Shown here: positions 1 to 12,880 of the stretch, one piece after another
Numbering within the stretch: position 1 is the first letter of the stretch
Layout: every line of letters begins with the position of its first letter
Source: Chlorokybus atmophyticus
Lineage: Eukaryota > Plantae > Mesostigma and Chlorokybus algae
Direction: 5' to 3'
Assembly (NCBI GenBank): GCA_009103225.1
Contig: RHPI01002699.1
Location: 382,636 to 446,635 of the forward strand
Length of the DNA: 64,000 nt
Made by a program: the position numbers and the translations under genes
The notes under the pieces: model-generated
What the model saw: the letters and a program-made list of their open reading frames with translations, nothing else
Told to the model about the DNA's origin: nothing
Databases searched by the model: none

Positions 1-171
1 CCCAACACAACCTCTTCCCCCTATACACGCAAAGAAACAAAAAGCCAACTCCAAGAAGCAGCAGACACAAGAGGGGCCTCTCTCTCACTCTCTCTCTTTG
101 TCACTCTTTTGGGTGTCATCCTTGAGCAAGACTCGTGTGTGTGTGCAGTCTTCTTCTCTCTTTGTCTCTGT

Positions 172-3100
172 TCACCTGTACACGCTGATGCTTGTGCCCG
201 CGGCAACGTACATGAACTCCCCGTTCACGAGCACGCGCGGGGGTGAACCTCCTGCTCCTACTCCTACTCCCCCAACAACACTCCCGAGCTCGCTGTGCGT
301 GATACGTCGCTCGCACGCCCACGTGCTCACGTTCCACACGGCCACGTCGCCGCCCTCGCCGCTGCTCACGAGCTTGCCATTTTTCACTTGAAGGTCCTGG
401 AGGGTAAAAATGTTGGGTTATGTTGGGTTTCAAACAGTTGCACACTTGGTGTGGGTGTGGGTGTGGGTGTGGGTATGTTGTCTTACTTTGATTGCGCTTG
501 TGTGGGCGGCAAAGGAGCGCACGCAACCCCATCGGCTGCAATCCCACACCTCCACGCCACCATCATCGTACCCGATGAGTAGCACACCGGGCTCCATGGC
601 AGCAAGCGCCGTGACCTACACACACGCACAACAAAGTCAGTCAACCCAACACGTACACCCACAAGTCCACACACCCACACACCTGTTCGCAGTCTCCGGA
701 CATGGTGTACACGCACGCCCACTGCTTGACGTTCCACACGCGACCCGACACGAGCCTGTCCCCGCACAGCGCGAGGGAGTGGACCGTGCGGTGGCCCTCA
801 AGCACACGCTCGCAAGACCAATCGCTAGAACGAAACACCATAATCCTGCCATCGAAACTGACACAGAAAGAGAGTGTGCGTGAGAATGTGCGTGTGCGTG
901 GATATGTGTGTGTGCGTGTGTACACAGCACGCGTGTGTGGGTGCATGCCTGCGGGCACGCATGTGTGCGCGCGTATGTGCGTGTATGTGCATGCAAGCGT
1001 GTGTATGTGTATACATATGCGTGCGCGTGTGTGCGTGCGTGTGCGCGTGTATGCCCATGAGTGATACTCAATACTGATCGCAGCAATGTTGACAGTGCTC
1101 ACCTTGAGGAGATGACGTGGCCGTCGTTGGTGTATGTGAGTGCTGTGACGGCGTGTCTGTGTGCGTATATGGTGCGTTCGAGTCGCCACGTGTCTGCGTT
1201 CCACACGCTGATCGTGCCGTTCATCCCGCCGCACAGCAAGCGCGGGTGCGTGTGTGTCGTCCCCGCGGGCAAAGCCAACATGCACAAGTAGTCCGTCACG
1301 ACGGGTATGAGCGCGGTGCACTCCCACGTGTCGGTGCACCACACTTCCAACGTGCCACAATCGCGCACGCCGGGCAACCCTTTGCTCGCGGCGAGCTTGT
1401 TGTTGTTGTTGTTGTTGGGTGACCCGACTATAGCGGCGAGAGCCAAGTACACGCACACGTCGTGTTCGAACCCGAGGGCACGCTCTTTCACGCACGTGAC
1501 GGGGTCGCACCCGGCGCTGCGTCGCGGCGTGATCATTGTGTGGGTATATGGCGCACATGTTGACGAGGAGAAGAGCGGGAGAGGGAGGGAGGAGGACCGC
1601 TTCACGTGGGCGTGGGTGGACTTGTGCATGTGGGCTTTGATTGTGGATGTATGTATGTTGGATTGAAGCTCCAAAGCTTCCGTGACGAGGGAGCCAAGCT
1701 TCTCCCACCCGCGCGCGGTAGAGAGGGGGAGGACTTTGTGTTGGAGGTAGGTGGCGGGCATGAGGGCGAAGCGAATGTGTGGGAAGAGAGTCTCCTCTGC
1801 CTCCGTCATGAGGTGGTGGTTTGTGTGGGTGGCGTCGGTGTTGGCGTACAACCAATGCAACACCCACTCGAAGATGAACTCCTCGGACGGAGCCAACAAG
1901 TCGTCGCTACGTAACAACTCCGCACACTGGAAGGAAACAGCAGGATCAGCACTGCAGGCACATACAGACTCGCACGCACGCGCGAGCACGCACGCACAAC
2001 TGAGCACACACGCATGCACACAGACTGGTGAGGTGCGCGCACACTATCAAACACACGCTTGCACACGCCCACGCACGCACGCACCCACACCCACATGCAC
2101 TCACGCATCCGCACTCACACCCCGCTCACCAGGTGCATCGGCAGTCCCTCCAGTTCCCCCTCGCCCATCCCCCCAAACTCCCTCTTCACAAACCGCCCCG
2201 CGCTCTCTCGCAAATCCGCCACCAGCATCGCGTCGGCCCAGGCGAGCAGCCCGCCGCAGTTGGCGTGGCAGAGGGATTCTGACAGAGAGGAGACGCAGGC
2301 GAGACGGAGGGAGAGGAGGGCCAGACGGTCCGCGGTGGAAAGGAGCTGGAGGACCTGGGCAGGGAGGAGAGAGGGTAAGGGGTGTGAGATGGGCTACTAC
2401 TCTCGGCTCTCTCAATACTATGCGTGGGTATCCGTGTGCCTGTGCCTGTGCGCGTGCGCGTGCGTGCGGACAAGTCAGTGCGCGCGTTCTGTGGGTGTTT
2501 GCGTGCGTGCATGTGCATGTGCACGCGTGTGTGTGCGCGTGGGCTGTGGGTGGGTGGGTGGGCACATGTGTGTGTGTGCTTGCGTGCGGGTGTGTCCACA
2601 TGCGAGTGTGGGTGGGTGCGCACGTTGTGCATGCGCGCGCGTGGACACCAACACAGCAGTGCCGCATTTGTGTGTGCATGGGAGAAAGAGAGTGAGGGCG
2701 TACCTCGTGGAGTGTGCCGGAGATGGAGCCTGTGTAGATGAATGAAAGGGCTGCGCGCAGGGAGCGTGCGGGCACGTCGTTGAGTGTGACTTCGGGCTGG
2801 GCGGCCTCACACCACCCGCCCCGCGTGAGCATACTCACAAACACGCTGCTCGCCGCCGCCACCACAACACGGTGCGCGCGCACAACAACCCAACGACCGC
2901 AGTCCTCGTCCCACACACGGAAACCGATATCACACAACACCTGAGGACAAAAAGTTGGGTTACACACGCACGCACACACCCACGCACATGCACACACACA
3001 ACACCAACAGCAACAGCAGCAGCAACAACAACAACAACATACCTGGCGTTCGAACTGGTCTCTAAGGCCAGCAACAAGTTCATGCGCGAGGTGTGAGGCG

Positions 3101-3483
3101 GGAAGTGATACACGCAGGAGTGTGTGGGCTTGTGTCTGCGCGTGCGCGTGCGTGTGACTGTGGGTTGGAGTGTTTATGTACACGTGCGCATCCTTCGCAT
3201 GATGCGTGAAATGCGACACGGCTCCAACGGGCATGCTGCTAACATCAGCGCTGCTGTCATTGTTGTTGTTGGCATTGTTGTTGGCGTTGTTGTTGTTGTC
3301 GGCGTTGTTCACGGCGCGAGTTGTGTCGGTCGTGTTGGAGGTTGATGTTGGTGTGGGTGGTGCAGATGTGGACTCGTCCGATAAAGGTGATGGTGCCGAT
3401 ATCGCCACATCTGATCCTCTTGGAACCGATGCATATGTTTGTTCGGTCTTTGACACGGATATCCGGGCACGACGGTGACACAT
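172..3483 (-). CDS. BTB/POZ-BACK-WD40 protein (putative CUL3 substrate adaptor), multi-exon
   Basis: Phase-consistent GT-AG exons 3483-3043, 2940-2704, 2354-2130, 1926-1103, 857-683, 615-487, 396-172. They give a BTB motif (LCDIGFRV..VRAHRVVVAAASSVFVSML..EVTLNDV..LRAALSFIYTG), a BACK motif (ELLRSDDLLAPSEEFIFEWVLHW..IRFALM) and about 7 WD-like repeats (GTISVWNADTW, GGVEVWDCSRW, GDVAVWNVSTW). The start codon is uncertain; a probable 5'UTR exon ends at the donor at 4360/4359. Confidence 0.85.
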
Positions 3484-6400
3484 ATCTGTGCACACACACA
3501 TACATACAGGGTGAGTGTGAGCCTTGACCAGTCATGATTGTATCTTCACCTCCAGAGTGAACTCTTTATTGTAAACTTTTGTCAACTCTCCTTCATGTAA
3601 ACTCTTTCTGGTAAGCAACTATGAGTTTACACATTGCCTCAAACTTGTGGTATGTATGAAGGGTTGACTGTTGACTTTCATCAACCTGTAGTACAACTTG
3701 CATCATATACACGTGTGCTGTATCACAATGCAGGTTCTAAGAATAGACAATGAGTTTTTTGGTGCGCCTCACCATGACAAGCCTCCTCTGCATCCGTCTC
3801 TCTCATTGCTGCATCCATTTGGTCCATATGGTGGTCCGCTTTGGCTCCTTCCAACATGTCTTCCTTACCATTCAACCAATGCATCTCTTCAGAAAGAGAG
3901 ACAACCTACCACCTGTGACAGAATGCCCAAGCCAGTGAGCTAGTTAGATGCAACTAGTGTGAGATTGTGTGTGGGACTGTGCAGGACTCTACCCAAAGCA
4001 CACAGAGGAGGCAAAGGCGCCTACCTGTGTGAGGAGAGAGAGCAGGCACTCCTATGCTTCACCCACCCACCTCACTACACAGCTACACCAAGGATGACAG
4101 CAACTATCTCCCCAAGGATACCACCGCTCAGGCCGCCGCCGCTGCTGTGCCAACTGTGCATACAACCTCGGACTCTAAACAGCTTTTATTGGACACTCAC
4201 TGTCAATGGCTGGTACTATATCCTCCACCCTCTTTCATGTGTAAGTGTGTGTATGTGTATGTGTATGTGTGCGTGGGTGTGCGCGCGCCTGTCAGCGCCT
4301 GTCAGCTCTGTACACACACACGCACACACATAATTGAAAAATGCAGAGATACGCCTTACCCCGAAGTCAAGTGGTCAATGAAACGATTGGTACGTTTTAC
4401 CTCGTTAGCAAGTAGCTTGGTCGTATGTAAGACTCGCAGAACGCAACGTTTGATGAAATAACCAACTAGTCTAGCTGAATCGGCGCCGGTTGGGAGTTGT
4501 GCGAAGTCAATACTGGCAGAAAAACGAAAGGCCGCGGAATTGAGCCGCGGCTTGGTAGTACGGTCGTGTTCAGCAAACCGCCAGCCGAGCAGCGACACGA
4601 CTGGTATCGTACCGGCGACGTACGCAGGCGTCTGCTGGCAGCAGCCGTTGTGGATGCTATTGTCCGGCGACCGCTGCAGTGGGCGAGCTCGGCGACGAAC
4701 CGTTACGAGGTGTCGCGTGGCCGGTCGTGCCATAGGGTCAGGTGATGGCAGGGTGCCGTTACAGCTGCGACTTGCGTAAAGAGCTGAGCTGGATGCTCGT
4801 AACGTTGTCTTAAACTACAGCGCGCCACTACAACAATTGCCACGTTACGATTGTTGCGAGCTGTCAGCGCACTTTACAGCCCCTTTAACTATAGCGCGCC
4901 ACAAATATGGCCGACGGTTATGATGTGCGTCGTATCGTTTGATTGTGAATTGCAATGCTCATTCTGCAAGGGGTACGGTGCTGATGCGTCGCTGATCTCC
5001 TGGCCTGACTTTCTCATGAAGAGTAATGCACTGCCTTAAACGCAACGGAGTACATTATATGACAGAGCCAGTAAATGGACTGCATCGGTCTGTATAGATT
5101 CGTAAATGAGGTATGTTGGATGCGATCACATAGCGCACGGACTTGAGTTCACTAATATCCGCACTGCAGTCATAGATTGGTACCATATCCGCATACGGCG
5201 TTGGAATCTCACGTCCACGGTGGGATGTGCAGTGCACATTGTGCGCACAAGTTGTAATTCACGTGTTTTAATGCTGACACGCTGTGACATTCACAAGTTG
5301 TGAATGTCACAGCGTGTCAGCATTAAAACACAAGGCAGCGACCCTCATTATCTGTTGGAATCCCGGGATGATTCGATGGGGCTGGAATGTCAGCTCCCAA
5401 CTCTGAACTGGACATGTGTCACTTGATGTGTGCCAGTCAGCGTCCGCCTGGCATTGCAGCCTGCGCATTTGCAGTGCGCACAATGGATAGTTGCGCATGC
5501 CGCTTCCATGCAACTTTTGTTGTGCGTGTTGCTTTATTTGTAAGATATGCATTGCATTGTGCATCAGTGTAACCATGCGATATAGATATTTATTCTTTTA
5601 GGATCTGTGTAACGCTTGTGGTTAAGCGAGCAATGGCACATTTTCTTCCTCCAGGCAAGTAATAGTCTTTTCATTACAACAACGATAGTATACAATTTGA
5701 GTCAATCACAGTGGTAAAGATTGCATCAAACACTCATGTTCACGCAACGCGATTATCATGCCTACTTAAACGCATTAAAAGAGTGCATTGCATGAACGAC
5801 AATGTATGTCATTACTTACTTTTATCGTTACGTAATTACCACTAATAATATGACAATAATTTATGTGACATAAACTATTAACGTGTACATAGCAACCGCA
5901 AAACAGGCAAGGGCATAAAGGTGGGCGGCAGAGGGGAAGCGGGCCCTTGCAAATGAGGGTGACAACAATGACCTGCTGGCTTTAGCAAAGTTATAGACTG
6001 CGAGGAGGCAGGTGATGGTGTTGGTGGAAGTGCAAAGGGAGTCGTGCTAATCAACTTGCACTGATTGCGCTTGGTATGTGCAACAATCACAAGCAACAAG
6101 CGTATGTGCAGGGTGATGATGATGACAATTTGTGACTTGCATGATTAAAGAGGTGGCAGCAATAGTGTAGTTGTAATGGCATATGAGACTGCAGTAGCCC
6201 GATGGTTGACATAAGTAATAATGAAGATGCCGCATGTTGCTATGTGCGCGCTAACCACGCATGTTATGCATGGGCAATTGTATACGACACCATTTGTACA
6301 CTCATGTGCATGCCACCAAGACTTATTGGATCTTTCAAATCCTCAACTAAGAGGGCCTGATAGGACAAGTTTAACAATAACTGACATGTGTAGCAACCAG

Positions 6401-9179
6401 AAGTGTTGCAGCAGAGTGCAATTGTTGTATTTCGTATGAAAGCACCGCATTGGTTATCAATAAAAAACAAAAATGTAATGTATCAGATCCGATCGTAAAT
6501 GAGTAATTTTATGATACCGTACTCACGCTTGTATTGATTATTACCATTAATTTCATATATGCTTTTATTATGTCAACTGCTGTCGCAATTTATATGTTAT
6601 TCATTTAATCCATGTTGATATAGATGTTGCTCGGATCGCATGATGCTGGTATATAGTATATAGTGGACGTTGGCATCGTAATGCAATGTACGCATGCAGT
6701 GGTTAAGGATGCAAGAGTACTATCTCATAGCGGAACAAAGCTTGCAATATTGTGCCAAGCACCAACTTAGCTTGAAGCTCTTGTGTGCCTTATACAAGCT
6801 TGTTGTACATACGATATGAGGTACAGGATAGGCGAGCTGCCATACTAACATGCATGCATGGCATTCACGCAAGCACTCACTTATAGCGCAAAAATAACTT
6901 AATAACATACACAAGCACTGCGCTAACACTAACTATTGCTACGCCGAGCGACTTTCCACGGCCACCCACTTTCATGTGAGGCATGCATGCCAGTGTCCTG
7001 CAATCTATTACAGATGAAGACCAAGAGTCAATTTCGAGACATATAAGGTTGTAGATGAAAAGCAAAAATGAAGGATGGGGCTTGATTAACGGCGAGGTGA
7101 AAATAAAATCATACCATGCCAATCGCAATTTTCAATTTGAATAATAATACTACGCTGACTTTTATATTGCCACAAAAAACTATATGAAAAAGTGCACGCT
7201 GAAGAGGAAGTTAAAGTATCGATAGTGGAGAGTCTCCGCTATTTGCCGGTTGGTCTTCATGTGTTACCTGCCCATATTGGCTATTATTACCGGTTGCTAG
7301 TTTGCAAGTCTGTCAACACAAACATCAGCAACCACGCCTCCCCCGTCCTCCACCGTCAGTCCAATTGACGGGCACAAGGCAGCAAGCTGCAGACGGTCCG
7401 CAGCTAGCTGCCTTGTGCAGCTTGAACCCTCGCATACTGTGAACGTCAGCACTGCTGTGCGTCGTATGCTCGTGGCACATGGCCTGTGCCATTGCAGTGC
7501 TCTCGCAGTGCATGCTCGGGTCAGGGTTGGGTTATATTAGGTTGGGTGGCGGGAATATGCGTGCGCCCTTCTCTCGCGCGGGCGCGTTATGTTACCAAAC
7601 AGTGCGGTCCCCACACCGCTGTCATCATGTGATGACGTCGTAACTCCTTGAATACCATCTATAGCTGTGCCTGGGGAGTGTAGTAAACATACATGTCATT
7701 GTGCGATGGCGCATGCATATAACATACAAGGCGTGTACAAATCTCGCAGGTGCATTTGCACCAACGCAACATGCTAGGTGCAGTTAGCATAAGCTGAACA
7801 TACTCATGTCAACATTCGCCCTATACACGTACCTCTCAGCTCACATTCACAAACACCGTGTCACATTACTACGCTTTCCTAGTTACTGCACACTACTATC
7901 AAGATTACCCCACCCCGTGAGTCATGCACACTTCACATTACCTGTCCACAAGGACGAATGTTAGTGTAATAAAATGCAAGGATTGTGGCATGCATGAGAG
8001 TGTGACACACACATGCATGAGCAGTCTACTCACCACATTATGAAGCACTCTCATTAACCACCGGGCTACTAACCTAGCTGCTACCTATCTTCTCTACTGC
8101 CCATACCCATTGGACATGCATGCATGCATCCGTGCGTCATCACCTGCACATGCGCCTTGGTCAGCAGCCTTCTTGCAGCAGCAGCGGCCACACCAGCAGC
8201 AGGACTCACTGTCTGTAATCCACACTAGCAACAGCCGCACGACGACCAGCAGGACTCCCTCTTTCTTCCCCACCTCTCTCTACCAACTCCTGCTCCCTCC
8301 AAGCAACAAATCCTGATCAGCGCTGCTGCAACCCTTCTGGGCGGGGCCCCTCTGCCCTCCCCCTCTGTGGCTGTAGGGTGTGCGTTGTAGTGATGAGTAC
8401 ACAGCATGCGGGCATTATCATCATTGATAGGTTCACCACCTGGCTCATCTACTCTACCTCAGCTACCACTACCACTAACAACACCACCCCATCAGACATG
8501 CAAGCATGCATGCAGTCGCCGCACTACCTGCACCAAACACGAGCAGCAGCGTCAGCAACGGCAGTCACGGCTCAGCGGAGGATGTGCACTCGTGAGCATA
8601 CAGCGTGTGAGTGTGTCCCTCCTCCCACCCCTCTCTCTCTCTCCCTCACGCCTCCTGTCTCCTTCACCTCCCACGCCTCTCTCTCTCTCCCCCCACGCCT
8701 CATGTCTCATGCCACGCCCGCCCCCCATCGCACGCAGACGCTTTCACCCTTGCCGCTCCTCGGCAGGGCCCCCCTGCCCTCCCCTTGCCCTGACGTCACC
8801 GTCGCTGTACAGTGGTGCTGTCAGCACAGCACTGCGCAGTGCTGCTGCATTGTTGTTGGCAGTCAGGTGCTGGTGGGGTTGGGTAGCTGTGTCCAAGGAA
8901 AGCAAGTGGTTGACACTTTGCGCGCCAACAGCTGCACAAAAGGGGTATGCTGCTGTGCCAGCATACGCCTCGAGTATTACCTCATATCCTTGACTCTGTG
9001 TACATCAATGCAAAGTGTAGTGTATGGGATATGCGCGATGCTGTGTCTGCATTGGTAAATGACCGCAGCAAATAGCTGTCCGTATCCTGTACACTCTCTC
9101 TTATATACAGTGTCACGTGCCTCTACATCCGGTGCTCTACACCTTGGTGCATGATGTGCGCCCTGTGATAGAGTCCTGG

Positions 9180-12100
9180 CTACAAGGGCATGCCCGGCTG
9201 CATAGGCTGCTGTAGATAAGCTGTGCTATCCTTGCGCGGCCGCCCTCTTTTCTTCGGAGTCTCACCCGCTGCAAGCTGTCTTTGTCTAGCTGGTGTCCGC
9301 TGAAGTGGCAGCATGGGGTCCTGACCAACAAAAGACACCCATCAAGTCAACAACCATGCATGCACGATATCTCAACAACTACAGCTTCACATTCACATGC
9401 CCACAAATACCTGCGGGGGCAGGTTCTTTGGCGGTCGGCCCCGTTTCCGAGGCTGGTTGGGACCTTCCGCGACGGCTGCCCAGTAAGTGGGGTCGTAAGA
9501 GGGCTCTGCAGCGCTTGGTGCAGACCAATTGCTATAAGCAGTGGGAGCAGTGGGCCCACCAGCTGCAGACACCGGCAAAGGCTGCAAGCGCAGGTACTAC
9601 AGTCAACAAGACTGCGCGTAATCACTGCACAAGTGTAGCCAGTGGTGTGTAAAACGCACCTTAAGATTGGGCTCCCTAAATGAGGCCCTTTGCGCGGCCA
9701 CCCCAGACTTCCACAGCGCATAAGCTTCCATCAGGTCCATGTCCTCCAGCTGCGGCCCGTTGAGCGATATCCTCAACAAATCGTCAAGCACGCGTATTGA
9801 GCAATGCTGCTTGAGGCGATCTTTGATAACAAGTGACTTCTGAAACCCGCGCTCGCTCCATGCTGTGCTGACTGGTAGAACTAATGCCAGCTGGCCGAGC
9901 TTTGTCATGTTGGGGTACAACTCCATGTACTGCTGTGTCGACGTCAGTACCCTGATCGTCTCTGATAAACCCTTGTCTTCGAAAGCGCTGTACAAGAGGT
10001 GTTTGAACTCCGGCCACTCTCTTCGACAAGCATCTGCATCACAAGCACGTGCCTTAGCCAACCGCAGCACACCCGATGTGACCTGTTAAAAGGCCTTTAA
10101 GGTCATGCAACTCTATGTGAACTGGTACCTGCATCGACTACAGCTGGGAATGTTTCTCCGGTGACATACTTGTCTGTGCCAAATGCGGCAAGAAGCACTT
10201 CCAGCTCAGCACGTCCAAAGCTTGGCAAGTGCTCAGCAGGTGGGTAGAGGTTAGGTGTAAGTATCCTTGTCGCAGTCAAGACCTCAAGCTGTGGGAAGCG
10301 CTCTTGCAGGTTTGTTATGACCGCAGAAGTAAAGCTCCTCACAAAGTTCATGCTCTCCGACAGGTCGTCGTTGCTGGTGTACCGAATGGCGTGGTCATAA
10401 AACATGCCGCTGGCACCAACTTGGTCAAGAAACTCTCGCAGATAGCCTCCTTCAGGGCCAAGCGTGGGCTGATCAGACAAGTACTCCTCCTTCAACTGCT
10501 CCATGAGACCATTGACATTATGCTCCACCACAGCCAGGTCAACAGTCTCCGCAGCGAAAGTGCCGCTGAGGCGGGTAAGCCGAGCGAGTATGTCTGAAAG
10601 AAAGTGTACAGCAAACAGAAACTGGTAAGACCTCAAGCGGTCATACAATGCAGCGTCATCTGCTGCCAGCAGGGACATCAAAGAGTTCAGCGACCGTCGC
10701 AGACTGCTAACACAGTCGGGCTTGGGCAGCCACCGGACTGTTGGTGTGCGTTGCAAGCGCAAGATGGGACCTCCAGCATCATCCATGAGGAAGGCGAGCT
10801 TGCTGTACCGCCTTGGCGAGCGCACGAACCAGCCGTAAAGGGAGCTAATCTCCCCATCCACTTGCTTTGCGTATGGGACAGCTGCAGCTGCATTGGCTGC
10901 GGCCATAGCCACAGAGTGGCCACCGCTGTGCGTGGCTACCATGAAAGGGTTGAGGCGCTTCAGCTTCGCAGCCACGCCATAACTGCGACGCACCATTGCG
11001 GCAGACCCATCGGAGCCAAACCCAATAAACTTGGCATTGTCAAGGCCGATGCGCTGCAACAATGCGGACAATGCTGTGTACATGCCGTCTGCGCTAGCAT
11101 CATCTACTTGAAGCAGGCACAAGAACTGCCACTGAAGAGTGCCACCATGCTTCAAGGACACCGCATACACCATCAACGGGTCATCTGGTGTGGCATCCAG
11201 CGACTCGTCAACCATGATGCCAACAAATGGGCTTTTTCTGAGCTCGCGGCAGATGCGGTCCCACATGCTGTCACTTATGCAGTGCACAAATCGACTGCAT
11301 GCTGTCTCATCTGTGTACATGTCCTGAGGCAAGTCTTTCACGCCACATGCGCGCAGTAGCTCAGTCAATGCAGGGTAATCAATCAGCCCAAGGTCATTCT
11401 TGGCAACATAGTAAGCGACTCGTAGGCAGTTGAAGGTGACTGCTTCAGCCATTTCAATAGGCCTTTCCCACTGCACCATCATTGTCTTTGCAACAGACTC
11501 TGCAGCCACCACGTCTTGATGCACCTGCATAGGAGGGGCAGCGGTGCAGTCCGTAAACAAGAGCAACCGCGACACAACAGCGCACACACGGCAAGAGCCA
11601 TCAGCATAGGACAATCTGTGAAACCAACCTTTGAAGTTTGGTGCTCAATCAGAGCGCTGTGCTTCATGTTGCGACCTCCCTCCTTGGCATACTTTGTATT
11701 CTTCTTGTACTTAGAGCAGACCGAACAGAATATCCGACCATCCTTTAAGCGAACCCACGGAAAGGTTTTGACCCAGGCACTGACAAAGCCCCGGGTTACT
11801 TTGCCGGAGCCACCTTCATCATCCATGGGAATGCCGTTTTCATCAACAACCTTGCGCTTGCGCCCCTTCTTCCTGCCACCTAACTCCAGGCCATCCTCAG
11901 CAGGCCGCCCTTCAGCCATGCCTTCCTCATGCTGGATGTGCGGGTCAGCTGCCAAGCACACTTGCAAGCATCAGCCAGCATTCACATGCATGGCCAGGGG
12001 CAAAGCCATGGTTCATCAGTTACTAAATGCCGCATGTGTTCAAGCATGCTGCTCTGCCCAGTGCACAGGCATGACGAACATACTGCAACAAGCACTGAAT

Positions 12101-12780
12101 AGCGACTTGCCCACGCACCGTTCATATCAGGACCCGGCAGAGCACCCATAACATGTGAAGGGCGTTGTACAAACAGCGGCAACGCCATGTCGCCCATCTT
12201 GAGCACTCAGCTGCTGTAATGCCTGCAAGTCTAGCTCAGCGACAGGTAGCCCATATGCAGTATGTACGCATACACAACTGGAGCGCATGACACACGCAGA
12301 GTTGGCGTGTGCAAGCATACAAATAGTGCGTTTGTACAGTTTGCTTAATAAACTTGAAGCATAGGGGTGTTCAAGTAGATTAGCAGCAACTAAAGCTCTA
12401 GAGCTTAGCTAAGTGCAAATGGCGGAAGCACCAAATGCATGGAACAGTGGCCACGTACTCCTCAGACAGCATAGCGTCATATGGTATGAGTTAAGCGCAT
12501 GAGCAAGTCCGCAAACCAACTGTGCTGAGACATATCCACTGACTTGCAGCACAATGCTACACCATTGGCAAGCTAGTAGCAAGCTCAAGCCAGGGCACAG
12601 ACAGCACGCTGTGCTTGCACAAGCAACATTAAGCCAGCAACGGCCGCAAGCTGAGGAAGAAGGGGCAAGGCAGCAGTACCTGCAGAAGGGGAGCCTGCAC
12701 CACCGCCGCAGCGGTGGCGGTGGTGTGCACGTCAAGCTCCTGCTCCTGCTCCTGCTCCTCCTGCTTGGCCTGGTACCAGG
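9180..12780 (-). CDS. hAT-transposase-derived (ZNF862-like) protein: TTF-type Zn finger, RNase H-like/DDE core, hAT dimerisation domain, two AT-hooks
   Basis: Firm exons 11948-11629, 11524-10129, 10033-9660, 9581-9411, 9320-9180 splice in frame. Motifs: WVKTFPWVRLKDGRIFCSVC..NMKHSALIEHQTSKVH, GIMVDESLD, FGSDGSAAM, TVRWL, LPVSTAWSERGF..IKDRLK, PRKRGRPPK, KKRGRPRK. Upstream exons (~12230, ~12770-12680, UTR exon ending 12868) are less certain. Confidence 0.85.
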
Positions 12781-12871
12781 CTGCACCACCCCAGCAACAG
12801 GCCAGGCCGGCTGGCAGCCCTACCGCCGGCCACAAGCCGGCCTACAAGCTACAGGCCGGCCTGTTACCTGG

Positions 12872-12880
12872 TTAGGGTTT
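12872..12880 (-). promoter_or_regulatory. telo-box (AAACCCTAA) next to the first intron donor of the hAT-derived gene
   Basis: Exact match on the minus strand, followed by CCAG|GTAACA. Confidence 0.5.

Noticed and set aside
410-3113. Many overlapping His/Thr/Ala- or Cys/Val-rich ORFs (HTHAHT, CVCVCA), also near 41490-42336
   Set aside because: They arise from CA/TG-rich intron repeats or are antisense shadows of real exons.
4356-4733. 125 aa minus-strand ORF as coding exon 1 of the BTB gene
   Set aside because: Splicing from donor 4359 to the acceptor near 3486 puts it out of frame with the BTB domain. It is more likely 5'UTR.
4800-9060. Short ORFs of 60-226 aa in the spacer between the BTB and hAT genes
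   Set aside because: No recognisable motifs or consistent splice chain. A gene here cannot be excluded but is not supportable.
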